Counted from the stretch's first letter, positions 38,265 to 49,123 are shown. The stretch is 64,000 nt of DNA from an uncultured Gemmatimonadales bacterium (GCA_963798845.1 CAWCUS010000006.1:1184001-1248000), one strand, 5' to 3'. A program made the numbers and translations. The notes: generated by a model not told the origin, from the letters alone.

Positions 38265-38783
38265 ATGGCAGGGCACCAGGCAATCGCAGCGACAACGGAC
38301 GCAGTCATGCGACTGCTCCAGAGGAGCCATGACCCGGCGGATTTCGACGGGGCCCCGCTGGAGTTCCGGGTCTTCGGTCCCGAAGACTTCCAGAACCCCA
38401 TACGGGAAGGGGTTTCCCTCTTCCTGTACCGGATCTGGTCGCACGACGTACGCCGGATGCCGCGCAGCCCGCTGATCGAGGGGCGGCCCCAGCGCCCCGG
38501 GTTGCCCCTCGAGCTGCACTTCCTCCTGACCGCATGGGCGAGGACGGCCGCGCGACAGCAGGAGATCGCAGGCTGGGTCATGCAGGCCATCAATGCCGAG
38601 CCCGTGCTGACGGCCGACCACCTGAACGCGTACCGGCCGGGAGTGTTCCACGATGGCGAAGGCGCCGAGCTCGGCCTCGCGGACTCCAGCATGGAGGAAG
38701 TCCTCCGCGCCTGGGAAGTGGGGACGCAGAGGCCCTACCAGCTTTCCCTGGCATACGTGGCCCGGGGAGTTGAAATCCGGTGA
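38265..38783 (+). CDS. DUF4255 / Pvc16 (Afp16)-family protein
   Basis: 'AIAATTDAVMRLL', 'VSLFLYRI', 'LPLELHFLLTAW', 'YQLSLAYVARGV'. Confidence 0.8.
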   Translation: MAGHQAIAATTDAVMRLLQRSHDPADFDGAPLEFRVFGPEDFQNPIREGVSLFLYRIWSHDVRRMPRSPLIEGRPQRPGLPLELHFLLTAWARTAARQQEIAGWVMQAINAEPVLTADHLNAYRPGVFHDGEGAELGLADSSMEEVLRAWEVGTQRPYQLSLAYVARGVEIR

Positions 38784-38910
38784 TCCGTGGATTCCCGAAG
38801 GTGGCGGGAGGTCACCGGTGCGCCAGGAGAAGGCACTCCTCCCGACCGATCCGCTGCCCGGAGATCCGCGGCCGGCGGCGGGGCGGGCGCCCCGCCGCCG
38901 CCCTCGCTCC

Positions 38911-39502
38911 TCAGAATGGTCAGCAGGCGGTCGAAGAACGCGCGGTAGCGCTTGAGCGCCATGCGCAGGTCCTCGGTGGAAACGGAATCGCCGCGGTCCC
39001 ACTGCCGCTCGAGGCGGGCGCGCTCACCGCTGAAGCCCTCCGTCAGACGCTGCATGACATCCCCGACGAGGCCATCGGCCTGCTCGACGGCGTCGCGCGG
39101 CTGATCCACGAACTCGGTCTGGATCCTGTCCCAGCGAGCCCGCAGGCTGTCCGTCTCCTCGGCAGGGAAAAGCCGGACGGGCGCATCAATGGCGTCGGAG
39201 TCTGATTCGGCCATGGGCTCGCTCCGGCCCCGTCGCCCGCGCGTAGCGGCCGTCCGGGGCTCGTCGAGCGTCGCCTCACCGGTCACCCGATCCGGGTCGT
39301 CGCGCCCCACTTCCGTGCGCTGGCGCTCCCGCCTCGGCGCCGCTGGCGCCGCGCCGCCCGCCTCGAGCCGCTCCTCCTCCTCAATGCGCTCGAGCCGCCC
39401 GTCCGCGCTTCGGTCCTCCTCGTCCGCGCTGTAGAACGCCTCCTCTCCAGGCGTCAGGTCACGGGTCCTGTCGTTCCGGTGGCCTTCGTCATGTTCGGTC
39501 AA
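38911..39502 (-). CDS. Hypothetical protein (W..IQ..FVD.P..AV..AD.LV family); probable true stop at 38911 masked by a +1 error
   Basis: 'RWDRIQTEFVDQPRDAVEQADGLV..STEDLRMALKRYRAFFDRLL'; ORF track reads on to 38735. Confidence 0.7.
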
Positions 39503-40053
39503 AGTGCCTCCCTCTGCTGGGGTCCCTCCTCGAGGAGATCCTCGAAGAGCGTCCGATAGTGAACCATCGCCTGGCGCAGGTCCTCGGTGGCCGCGCCGCC
39601 ATCCCGGGTGCGGGCGGCGAGCCGGTGGCCGCGGCGGTAATGGTCGACCACCCGAGGGTGGTCGACAGACAGGTCGGCGGCGCGCTGCTCGAACTCCGCC
39701 ATCGGGTAGCCGCGGCGCTCCATCAGCTGCGTGACCAGTCGGTCCGCTTCACCCACCGCGCCGGCAGGCTCGTCCACGAACCGCTTCTGCACGTCCACCC
39801 AGGCGGCGCCGAAACGCTCGACGTCACGGGGCGGCAGCGGGCGGATCTGGAGCTGCTCGACCCGCTCGCGGCGGTGCTCGAGCTCCCGCTCCGCGGCCGC
39901 GCGGTCTCCCGTCACCGCCACGGTCCGCTCGTACTCCCGTCCGAACGACGAGCGGAGATCGCTGCTCCGCCGCCTTCGCAGAATCAGCCAGGCCGCCACA
40001 GCGCCGACGACGAGCGCCGCGATCACCAGGACAGCCACGATCCAATCGGGCAT
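39499..40053 (-). CDS. Membrane-anchored hypothetical protein, paralogous to the downstream gene
   Basis: TM N-terminus; 'WVDVQKRFVDEPAGAVGEADRLV..TEDLRQAMVHYRTLFEDLL'; CAGGAGG RBS. Confidence 0.75.
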   Translation of the reverse strand: MPDWIVAVLVIAALVVGAVAAWLILRRRRSSDLRSSFGREYERTVAVTGDRAAAERELEHRRERVEQLQIRPLPPRDVERFGAAWVDVQKRFVDEPAGAVGEADRLVTQLMERRGYPMAEFEQRAADLSVDHPRVVDHYRRGHRLAARTRDGGAATEDLRQAMVHYRTLFEDLLEEGPQQREAL

Positions 40054-40096
40054 GAATACCTCCTGTTGCGGGTCCCTCAGGAGTGGAATGGGCAAG

Positions 40097-40176
40097 GGGT
40101 GTGCCCCTGCGCGGGCAGGGGTCTGCGCGTTCGTGAGCAGGAGCGTGTGCCGGGTGTGCCCCTGCGCGGGCAGGGG
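40097..40176. repeat. Two identical 25-bp palindromic repeats separated by 30 bp
   Basis: GGGTGTGCCCCTGCGCGGGCAGGGG at 40097 and 40152; stem CCCCTGC/GCAGGGG. Confidence 0.8.
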
Positions 40177-40371
40177 CTGGGGTCCGCAACCGGAGTCCCG
40201 GGCGTGGGGTGTGAGGCGAGGGTCTTCCGGAACGGGAGTGGAAGTGCGAGTTTGAATCTTCGGGCAACAATCTCGGCGGCCACGTGCCCCGGGGCGCCCC
40301 GCAGCTACGCCGGTGTGGCCGTGTGCGAAGCGCACGGCCGGGGGGACACGAGAGACAGGCGAGCGAGTACC

Positions 40372-40581
40372 ATGACCCAGCAGGAGTTCGAGCAGGTCAG
40401 GCAGGACATCGAAAAGGGGCGGAGCCCGGTGATCCGGATCCACTCCCGGTTCCGGGTGCGCCGGCACGTGCAGCGGGTGGTGGGTCTGGACACGTCCTGG
40501 CCACTCCAGCCGTTGCTGGTGGTGGAGGACGGAGAGCGGGTGGCGGTCGAGAACTGCGGGCTGGAGCCGGCGGCGGCCTGA
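40372..40581 (+). CDS. Small hypothetical protein (69 aa)
   Basis: 'MTQQEFEQVRQDIEKG..' with host-like GC3 codon usage. Confidence 0.55.
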   Translation: MTQQEFEQVRQDIEKGRSPVIRIHSRFRVRRHVQRVVGLDTSWPLQPLLVVEDGERVAVENCGLEPAAA

Positions 40582-40867
40582 CGCAGGTTGCGGCGCGGAA
40601 GTCATCACCGTTGTCGATGGAGCTTTCCCGGCAACACGCTGTGATGCGCGGTCGGTCAGGCCTTCCCCAAGCTCCGCGCCCATGAATCAGCCCTGTCGGT
40701 GTCACGCTCACGCTTGATGCGCGGGCGAGACTCTCCTATCCTTGAGGGCCTGCCAGGACGCCCGATGACGGGTCGGACGATGCCCGGCGCGGGTGGTCGT
40801 TGCGCGCCGAAACCTCAGTCCGACCCTCTCCGGCGGTCAGAAGCCCTACAAATCAGGAGTGCACTCA

Positions 40868-42703
40868 ATGCGTCGTGCTCTCGTCCTGCTGCTCGCCCTC
40901 GGCGCTGCAGCGTGCCAGGACCTGACCCAGCCCGAAGCCCCCCAGGAATCCCTCTCTTCCGTGGCGCCCCAGGCCTCGGTGCAGAGCGGCCGCGACCGTG
41001 TGGTGGGGGGAGAGGTGATCGTCAAGCTGAAGGACGGCGTGGACGCCGCGGCGGTGGCGAACGACCACGGTCTCGCGCTGGGCCGCAGCGGCTACCATGA
41101 CGCGTTCCGGATCTTCCGCGGGGCGGCCGGATCGGAGCACGCGAACGCCGCGGCGGTGGCGCGGGACGCTCGCGTGGTGTACGCGGAGCCGAATTACCTG
41201 CGCCAGACCACGGAGCTCAACCCGAAGCTCTGGGCGTTCTACAACCCGGGCGGTCTGCATCTCGAGTACACCCGTGGCAAGAACAACGGCCAGATCGTGA
41301 CCGGGTACGACTCCAAGGCGGACGCGGACGAGGACAACATCGACAGCGGCTTCGGTGCGGGCGGCGGGAACGTCGTGATCGGCAGCATCGACACGGGCGT
41401 GCAGCTCAACCACACGGAGTTCCAGGGCGTGACCCTGATCGCGGGCCAGGACTGGTACTCCGGCGACAGCGACCCGTCCGACGAGGACGGCCACGGCACG
41501 CACACGACGGGGACCATGGTCGGCCGCACGGTCGGCGTGGCCGGCGTCTCCGGCGCCGGCGGCCACGTGAGCGTGTACGTCCAGCGCGTGTGCGGTGCGG
41601 TGGGCTGCCCGACGTCCGCGATCGTGAGCGCGATCCGCGCGGCGGCGGACTACGGTGTGGTGGCGATGAACATGAGCCTGGGCGGGTCCAGCGAGTCGCA
41701 GTCGGAGAAGGACGCCATCGCCTACGCCACCAGCAAGAACGCGCTCGTGATCGCGTCCGCGGGCAACGACGGGACGGGGACTGTCTCGTGCCCGGCGTGC
41801 GATGCGAACGCGATCTCCGTCGCCGCGACGAACTGGCAGGACGAGCTCTCGTACTATTCGAACTGGGGGGCCGGGCTCGACATCTCGGCGCCCGGCGGGG
41901 AGATGTACTCGAACACCACCGCGGACGGCGGGATCTACAGCTCGTACCTGGGCGGCGGATACGCCTACCTGCAGGGGACGTCGATGGCCGCGCCGCAGGT
42001 CACGGGCACGGCGGGCGTCGTGGCGTCGGTGACCGGGCTGCGCGGCTCCGGGCTCCGCAGCCGGATCCTCGGAACGGCGGACGACCTGCACGACGCCACC
42101 CATTTCGGCGCCGGGCGAGTCAACACCTACCGCGCCGTGACGAACACCACGCTCTCCGCCGCCAACGACGTGCCCGGCGGAGGCGGAACCGGGAACCAGC
42201 CGCCGACCGCCGCGTTCACGTCCAGCTGCGCGGGCCTGGCCTGCACGTTCACGGATGGCAGCAGCGACAGCGATGGCACGATCGCCAGCCGCAGCTGGGT
42301 GTTCGGTGATGGCGCCACGTCGTCGGCGACGAGCCCGTCCCACACCTACTCGTCCGGCGGCACCTACACGGTGACGCTCACGGTCACGGACAACGACGGC
42401 GGGACGAACTCCGTCAGCCACGACGTGAACCCCACGTCGGGCGGCGGCAGCGACGTGATCGAGCTGACGGTCGCGCGGTCGACGCACGGTCCGAACGTAT
42501 TCGCGGACCTGTCCTGGACCGGCGCGAGCGCGGGCAGCGTGGACATCTGGCGAGGCCTGAACGGCAGCGCGCTGGCGCTCTACACCACGACGTCCAACAG
42601 CGGCTCGTACTCGGACAAGCTGGGGAAGAACTTCAACGGCAGCGCGCAGTACAAGGTGTGCGACGCCGGAACGAGCGTGTGCTCGACCATCGCCGGGTTC
42701 TGA
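40868..42703 (+). CDS. S8 (subtilisin-like) serine peptidase lipoprotein with PKD domain
   Basis: Lipobox 'GAAAC'; 'IDTGV', 'GHGTH', 'GTSMAAP'; PKD 'WVFGDG..SHTY..GTYTVTLTVTDNDG'. Confidence 0.92.
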   Translation: MRRALVLLLALGAAACQDLTQPEAPQESLSSVAPQASVQSGRDRVVGGEVIVKLKDGVDAAAVANDHGLALGRSGYHDAFRIFRGAAGSEHANAAAVARDARVVYAEPNYLRQTTELNPKLWAFYNPGGLHLEYTRGKNNGQIVTGYDSKADADEDNIDSGFGAGGGNVVIGSIDTGVQLNHTEFQGVTLIAGQDWYSGDSDPSDEDGHGTHTTGTMVGRTVGVAGVSGAGGHVSVYVQRVCGAVGCPTSAIVSAIRAAADYGVVAMNMSLGGSSESQSEKDAIAYATSKNALVIASAGNDGTGTVSCPACDANAISVAATNWQDELSYYSNWGAGLDISAPGGEMYSNTTADGGIYSSYLGGGYAYLQGTSMAAPQVTGTAGVVASVTGLRGSGLRSRILGTADDLHDATHFGAGRVNTYRAVTNTTLSAANDVPGGGGTGNQPPTAAFTSSCAGLACTFTDGSSDSDGTIASRSWVFGDGATSSATSPSHTYSSGGTYTVTLTVTDNDGGTNSVSHDVNPTSGGGSDVIELTVARSTHGPNVFADLSWTGASAGSVDIWRGLNGSALALYTTTSNSGSYSDKLGKNFNGSAQYKVCDAGTSVCSTIAGF

Positions 42704-42738
42704 CGGGGCTCTGAAAACGGCGAACGGCCCCTGACCGG

Positions 42739-42769
42739 GAGCGGGCCGGGCATCGCGCCCGGCCCGCTC
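42739..42769 (+). terminator. 13-bp hairpin downstream of the S8 gene
   Basis: GAGCGGGCCGGGC-ATCGC-GCCCGGCCCGCTC; no clear U-tract. Confidence 0.45.
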
Positions 42770-42885
42770 TCGCCATCTCAGACGGCGCCGGTCGTGTTAC
42801 TTTACTCCCTGTGGATGCAACACCTGGCTGTGCGGCCGACTCCGGAGCCGGCGAGACCCGCGGCCGCGATGAGGCCCCGGACCCG

Positions 42886-44611
42886 ATGCGTCGTCTCGCC
42901 TGCCTGCTGGTCGTCCTCGTGCTCGCCGCCTGTGCCGGCGATGGCACGGGCCCTTCGACCCCCGCCGTGACCGTGGTCGCCGGCGACCGGCAGAGCACCC
43001 GGGCGGGCACGGCATTCCCTTCGCCGGTGGTCCTCCAGGCGCTGGACGCCGACGGGCGTGCGGCCGCCGGGGTGCGGCTTCACTGGACGCTGGACCGCGG
43101 CGCACCGCGCGACACGGTCCTGGAGACCGGCCCGGACGGTCGCGCGGAGCTCTCCGTCCGGGGCGACACGCTGGCCGGCACCGTTTCGGCGAGCGTTTCC
43201 CCGGCCGGCTCCGACGGCCGGGCTACGGAGGTCCGCCTCACCGTCCTCGCCGGCGTCGCGACGCGCGCGGATCCGCTCCCGGACTCGGTGCGGGTCGCGG
43301 TGGATCCCTTCGCCCCGCCGGCGCCCCGGTTCCGCGACCGGTGGGGGAACGTCGTGACGGACCGCCGGCCGAAGTGGACGTCCGGCGGACGCGAGCGTGG
43401 TGGCGACGGACCGGGAGGGTCTGCTGGTTCGGTCCCCCGGCGAAGCCCTGGTGACGGCGAGGCTGGACAGCGCGCGCGTAACGACCCGTCTGATCGTGGT
43501 AGGCTGGACGGCCATGGCCGCCGGCGGAGCCACCAGCTGCGCGGTCACCTCCGAGGGGCGGCTCTATTGCTGGGGCGCCGATCGGGGCCTCTTCGGCGGT
43601 GCGCCGGCCGAGACGTGCGCGTCCGCGGTCCCGTGCCACCCGGACCCCGTGGCGGTCGCTCCGGAGCTGCGTCTCCGGGACGTCGCCATCGGCGTTTCCC
43701 ACGTGTGCGGGCTCGATACCCTGGGCTCGGCCTGGTGCTGGGGGACGAACGAGGTGGGGGAGCTGGGCGACGGCACCACCACGGACCGCGCGGCCCCGGC
43801 CCCCGCGGCGGAGGGCCACACGTTCGTCGACATCGCCGCTGGCCGGCGAGTGACCTGCGGCCGGGAAGGGAGCGGCCAGGTGTGGTGCTGGGGCGACCGG
43901 AGCGGCGGGCAGATCGGCGACGGTCAGGATCTCGACACGCCGGCCCTTCGCCCCGTCGCCGTGGCAGGCGGCCCGTACGACCGGATCACGGCCGGCGGGG
44001 GAGCAGTGTGCGGCCTGACCGCGGACGGCGCCGCGGAGTGCTGGGGCTTCCTGTACGACCATTCCGAGGGGATCACTGCGTACTCCAGGCGACACCGGTC
44101 TCCGATCCCGTGGGGAGCGCCGCTCCGCTTCGCCGCTCTCGCGGTCGGGGCGCTGCCGTGGTATTGCGGCGTGGACGACCAGTCGGAGGTCGTCTGCTGG
44201 GGGCACAACGACCAGGGCCAGCTGGGGAACGGGAGCGACGACCCGGCCACCATCCCGACCCTCGCCGTCGGGGTGCCGCCCGCGAGGGCCGTGGCCGCCG
44301 GGGTCGGGTTCGCCTGCGCCGTGACCGAGCGCGGCGTCGCCTGGTGCTGGGGCGCCAGCGGCTTCGGGCAGACCGGGAGCGCGGTCCAGACCACGTGCCG
44401 GGCCGACCACTACCCGTGCTCCCCGACGCCCGCGCCGCTGACGGGAACGGAGGGCAGGGGCCTCCGCGCCATCGTCGCCGGGGACGACTACTCGCTCGCC
44501 CTGGACGGCGCCGGGCGGCTCTACGCGTGGGGCTTCAATCTCTACGGCGAGACCGCGGCCAGCAGGCCCGCGCACGTCTCGCTGATCCACACGATCGCGC
44601 TGCCGCTGTAG
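42886..44611 (+). CDS. Ig-like + RCC1-repeat lipoprotein; +1 frameshift near 43384
   Basis: 'VLAAC' lipobox; repeated 'CWG.N..GELGDG' RCC1 motifs in the second frame. Confidence 0.8.
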
Positions 44612-44928
44612 GCCGGCGGCGGCAGGGGCCCGCGCCGCGCCGGGATGCGCGGGGGGCGCCGGGAATCGACCAATCGTGATCGCCGCAGCGCCGACTGGTC
44701 GAGAAGCGGTCGAAGAGGCCGGAGAGTGACCGTCCGAGCGCGGGGTGGGGGCGCTCGTTGGTCAGTTTGCGGGGTCTGGGACCGGGTTGCGATCCGGCGC
44801 GCTCGACGCCGTGCCGAGTGGTCGGATTCCAGCGCAGCCCGGGCAGCCGGACCGCGGCCGACCGGCCAGCGCAGCCAGCGGTTGGTCAGCGGAGGCCGCG
44901 ACGGCTGCGCTGGCCGCCCGGCGCGCCC

Positions 44929-44977
44929 CCCGCTACTCGAGCCGGCAGCCGCTACTCGAGCCGGCCGCCGCTACTCG
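44929..44977. repeat. 19-bp tandem repeat x~2.6
   Basis: CCGCTACTCGAGCCGGC(A/C)G units. Confidence 0.7.
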
Positions 44978-45195
44978 GCGCGGGGGCGGCCGAGCCCCCA
45001 CGCCGCGGCCACGGAGCAACCACGACGTGCGGCCGGCTTAGTCGTGCGTGCGTGCGCGCGCTCCACCGCGTAGACTGCGGTCTGACCGGGCCGTCCCGCT
45101 CCCGGGCGGGTGCGGCAAATCGACCTGGTGGACGGTCCGCGGGCGCCCAGCCCGCCGGGCCCCCGGCCACGACATCAACGAACGGAAACGGAGCC

Positions 45196-46095
45196 ATGCA
45201 TCGTCACGTCGCGCGCGCGCGCCCGGCAGCCCTTCTGCTGGGGGCCTTCCTGCTGGCCGGCTTCGCCCCGCCAGCGGCCGGCTTCACCCCGCCAGCGGGT
45301 CCCGGCCACCTGGTGATCATCGGCGGCGGCGATCGCCCCGCCTACCTCATGGAGAAGATCGTGGAGCTGGCGGGCGGAGACGCCTGCCGCATGGTGGTGA
45401 TCCCCATGGCGAGCGCGGAGCCGGTGGACGTGGCGGAGTACCAGAGCCAGCAGCTCCGGGACGCGGGCTGCCCGCAGGTCGGCTTCGTCCAGTTCGACAG
45501 CATCACCGCCAACGATGACGCCACCGTGGCCGCGCTCGATGGCGCCACGGGGATCTTCTTCTCGGGCGGCGACCAGAACCGGCTCACGTCGCACATGCTC
45601 GGCACGCGTGTTCTGGACCGGGTGCGCGAGATCTACCGGGAGGGCGGTGTGCTGGCGGGCACGAGTGCAGGCGCCGCGGTGATGAGCGAGATCATGGTCA
45701 CGGGCGACGAGGCGCTGCACCCGGACGCCGAGTACCCGTTCACCACGATCGAGCGGGGCAACGTAATCACGGCCCCCGGCTTCGGCTTCATCACGCGCGC
45801 GATCATCGACCAGCACTTCATCGCGCGCCAGCGGGAGAATCGCCTGATCTCCCTGGTGCTGGAGCACCCGGAGCTGGTGGGCGTGGGGATCGACGAGGCC
45901 ACCGCGATCATCACTTCGGGCCAGGCCGAGTTCGAGGTTTTCGGGGACAACACCGTCATGGTGATCGACGCGTCGGAGGCCACGGGCATCGGGGTGGACG
46001 ACGACGGCGACCTGGTCGGCCACGGGCTGAAGCTCCACCTGCTCGGGAGCGGCGAGCGCTACGACCTCGCGCGCCGGCGCGTGATCGAGGAGTAG
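45196..46095 (+). CDS. cphB: Cyanophycinase (peptidase S51) with signal peptide
   Basis: 'LVIIGGG', 'IPMAS', 'FFSGGDQNRL', 'GTSAGAAVM', 'IDQHF..RQRENRL', 'GIDE.TA'. Confidence 0.9.
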   Translation: MHRHVARARPAALLLGAFLLAGFAPPAAGFTPPAGPGHLVIIGGGDRPAYLMEKIVELAGGDACRMVVIPMASAEPVDVAEYQSQQLRDAGCPQVGFVQFDSITANDDATVAALDGATGIFFSGGDQNRLTSHMLGTRVLDRVREIYREGGVLAGTSAGAAVMSEIMVTGDEALHPDAEYPFTTIERGNVITAPGFGFITRAIIDQHFIARQRENRLISLVLEHPELVGVGIDEATAIITSGQAEFEVFGDNTVMVIDASEATGIGVDDDGDLVGHGLKLHLLGSGERYDLARRRVIEE

Positions 46096-46099
46096 CGCC

Positions 46100-47626
46100 A
46101 TGACCGCAGCGGCGGCGCGGGACCCGGGGCGGCCGCGGTTCCAGGCGCCGGACACGTACGTCATCATCTTCTTCGTCATCCTGTTCGCGGCGCTGCTGAC
46201 GTACCTGGTGCCGGCGGGATCGTTCGAGACCACCACCGTCCACTTCATCGACGCGGCCGGCGCGGCCCAGGAGCGGGAGGTGCTGGTGCCGGGCAGCTTC
46301 GAGCTGCTGAGGAACGCCGCCGGAGAGCCGGTGCGGCGCGGCGTCCCGGCCTTCGCGCCGGGCGGGGGCGTCGGCGTTTTCAATTACGCGTTCGAAGGGC
46401 TGGTCTCCGGGAACAAGTTCGGCGCGGCCATCGGCGTCGTCGCCTTCATCCTGGTCATCGGCGGCGCGTTCGGGATCGTGCTGCGGACGGGCGCCATCGA
46501 GGCGGGGATCCTGGCGGTCATCAAGCGGACGGCCGGCGCGGAAGCGCTCATCGTTCCCGTGATGTTCGTGCTCTTCTCGGTGGGCGGCGCCGTCTTCGGG
46601 ATGGGCGAGGAGGCGATCGCGTTCGCCATGATCCTGGTGCCGCTCGTGCTCGCCCTCGGCTACGACGCCATCGTGGGGGTGCTCATCACCTACGTCGCCA
46701 CGCAGGTGGGGTTCGCCACGTCGTGGATGAACCCGTTCAGCGTGGCGATCGCGCAGGGCGTGGCGGACGTGCCGGTGATGTCCGGTGCGCCCTTCCGGAT
46801 CTTCATGTGGGCGTTCTTCACCCTGTTCGGGACCGGCTGGACGTGGTGGTACGCGCAGCGGGTGCGGCGGACGCCGGAGCGCTCGCCGCTGCACGGCATT
46901 CCGAACCCGCTGGCGAGGGAGGTGGAGGAGGCGCGGGCGCTCGATCCGGCGTTCACGTTCGGCCACAAGCTGGTGCTCCTGAGCGTGCTCGCCACCGTGG
47001 TCTGGGTCGTGTGGGGCGTCGTCGCCCGGCAGTACTACATCCCCGAGATCGCTACCCAGTTCTTCGTCATGGGCGTGGCGGCGGGGATCATCGGCGCGCT
47101 GTTCCGGCTCAACGACATGGGCGTCAACGACATCGGCCGGGCTTTCCGGACGGGTGCCCGCGACATCCTGGACGCGGCGCTCATCGTCGGCATGGCCAAG
47201 GGGATCGTGCTCGTCCTGGGCGGCGACACGCCCGCCGAGCCATCCGTGCTCAACACGCTCCTGCACGAGGCGAGCGTGATCGCCACGCTGCCGGCCGCCG
47301 CGTCCGCGTGGCTCATGCTCGTGTTCCAGTCCATCTTCAACTTCTTCGTGGTCTCCGGGTCGGGGCAGGCGGCCCTCACCATGCCGCTCATGGCCCCTCT
47401 CGCCGACCTCGCCGGCGTGACCCGCCAGGTGGCCGTGCTCGCCTTCCAGCTCGGCGACGGCTTCACCAACATCATCGTCCCGACGTCGGGCGCACTGATC
47501 GGCACGCTGGGGGTGGCCCGGGTCGAGTGGGCGATCTGGGCGCGCTTCATCTGGAAGTTCCTGCTGGCGCTGATCGTCGCCGCCTCCGCGTTCGTGGTGT
47601 TCGCGGTGGCCATCGGATACCACTGA
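46100..47626 (+). CDS. yfcC: YfcC-family transporter
   Basis: 'PDTYVIIF', 'GMGEEAIAF', 'GFATSWMNPF', 'SGSGQAALTMP', 'FQLGDGFTN.IVPTS'. Confidence 0.9.
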   Translation: MTAAAARDPGRPRFQAPDTYVIIFFVILFAALLTYLVPAGSFETTTVHFIDAAGAAQEREVLVPGSFELLRNAAGEPVRRGVPAFAPGGGVGVFNYAFEGLVSGNKFGAAIGVVAFILVIGGAFGIVLRTGAIEAGILAVIKRTAGAEALIVPVMFVLFSVGGAVFGMGEEAIAFAMILVPLVLALGYDAIVGVLITYVATQVGFATSWMNPFSVAIAQGVADVPVMSGAPFRIFMWAFFTLFGTGWTWWYAQRVRRTPERSPLHGIPNPLAREVEEARALDPAFTFGHKLVLLSVLATVVWVVWGVVARQYYIPEIATQFFVMGVAAGIIGALFRLNDMGVNDIGRAFRTGARDILDAALIVGMAKGIVLVLGGDTPAEPSVLNTLLHEASVIATLPAAASAWLMLVFQSIFNFFVVSGSGQAALTMPLMAPLADLAGVTRQVAVLAFQLGDGFTNIIVPTSGALIGTLGVARVEWAIWARFIWKFLLALIVAASAFVVFAVAIGYH

Positions 47627-47704
47627 GACACCGCACCTCACGATGCGCTTCACGCACCGACCGCTGCCGGCGACGGCCGCCACCGACTCCATCGAGGTCC
47701 GCCC

Positions 47705-48935
47705 ATGACCAGCCACGAAGACACGCCCGCTCCGCTCCTCGTCCGTGACGCGGAGGTCTACGCCCCGGAACCGCTCGGGCGCCGCGACATCCTCTGCGCC
47801 GGCGGCCGCATCGTGGCGGTGGCCCCGGATCTGACGATCCCGGCGTCGCTCGGGGCCCGGGAAGTGGACGCGGGCGGGCGCACCGTCATCCCGGGCCTGA
47901 TCGACGGCCACGTCCACATCGCTGGGGCCGGCGGCGAGGGCGGTCCGGCCACGCGGACGCCGGAGGTGCCGCTGTCCTGGCTGGTGGCGGGCGGGACCAC
48001 CACCGTGGTGGGGCTGCTGGGCGCGGACGGCGTCACGCGCGGCGTCGAGAGCGTGCTGATGCGGGCGAAGGGGCTCCGCGCGGAGGGGATCTCGGCGTGG
48101 ATCTGGACCGGCGCCTACCCGGTCCCGACGCCGACCCTCACCGGCGACATCACCCGGGACCTGGCCCTGATCGAGGAAGTGATCGGGGCGGGCGAGATCG
48201 CCATCGCCGACCACCGCTCGTCCAGCCCCACGGTGCACGACCTGGTGGCGCTGGCCAAGGCGGTCGCGCCTCGGCGGGATGCTCGGCGGGAAGTGCGGCC
48301 TGGTCCACCTCCACCTCGGCGACGCCGAGGACCCGTTCCGCCTGATCCGCGAAGCCGTGGCCACGAGCGAGCTCACGTACCGCCAGTTCCACCCCACGCA
48401 CGCGAACCGGAGCCGGGCGGTCTTCGAAGCGGCGAAATCGTACGGCCGCGAAGCCACGCTCGACCTCACCACGTCGGCATGGCCGGCCTTCCCCGACGAG
48501 GAGGTGAAGCCCTCACGGGCGCTGCGCGAGCTCGTGGACGCGGGCGTTCCGCTGGATCACATCACGTTCACGTCCGACGCCGGCGGCTCGCTCCCGCAGT
48601 TCGACGCGCAAGGGGAGCTGCTGTCTCTGACGTCGGGCCGGCCGGAGTCGCTCTGGCGCGAGGTGCGGGATACGGTCGAGGAGGAAGGCATCGCCATGGA
48701 AACGGCGCTGCTCCCGGTCACCGCCACACCCGCGCGGCTGTTGCGCCTGCCCCGCAAGGGCCGGGTCGCGGTCGGAGCCGACGCCGACCTCCTTCTCCTC
48801 GACTCCGCGCTCGAGCCGTGCTGGGTGATCGCGCGCGGACGAGTGATGGTGGAGGACGGCCAGGTGAGGGCCCGGGGGACGTTCGAGGAGGGCGGGGAAG
48901 GCCGGTCGGGCGGGGAAGGCAGGTCGGGCGGGTAA
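47705..48935 (+). CDS. iadA: Isoaspartyl dipeptidase (beta-aspartyl peptidase); +1 frameshift near 48268
   Basis: 'PGLIDGHVHIAGAGGEGG..TRTPE', 'GEIAIADHRSS.P', 'GKCGLVHLHLGD', 'PTHANR', 'SDAGGSLP'. Confidence 0.9.
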
Positions 48936-49123
48936 GGCGACGGCGAGTCCGCCGCCAGCAGGCCCGCGCACGACTCACCGCGGGAGACGATCCGGGTGCC
49001 GCGGCGGGGCCCCGGCCGCCGATCCCCGGGTAGCTTGACGCGCCCGGGCCGCGCGCGGTATACCTGCAGGTGCTTCCCCTTCCGACCCTCGGGTCGTGCA
49101 CGTGGTCCTCTCTTCCCGACGAC

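Noticed and set aside
45256..45299. 21-bp tandem duplication in the cyanophycinase N-terminus (also an 18-bp repeat at the iadA C-terminus, ~48890-48932)
   Set aside because: Local in-frame slippage duplications in low-constraint termini; no sign of a system.
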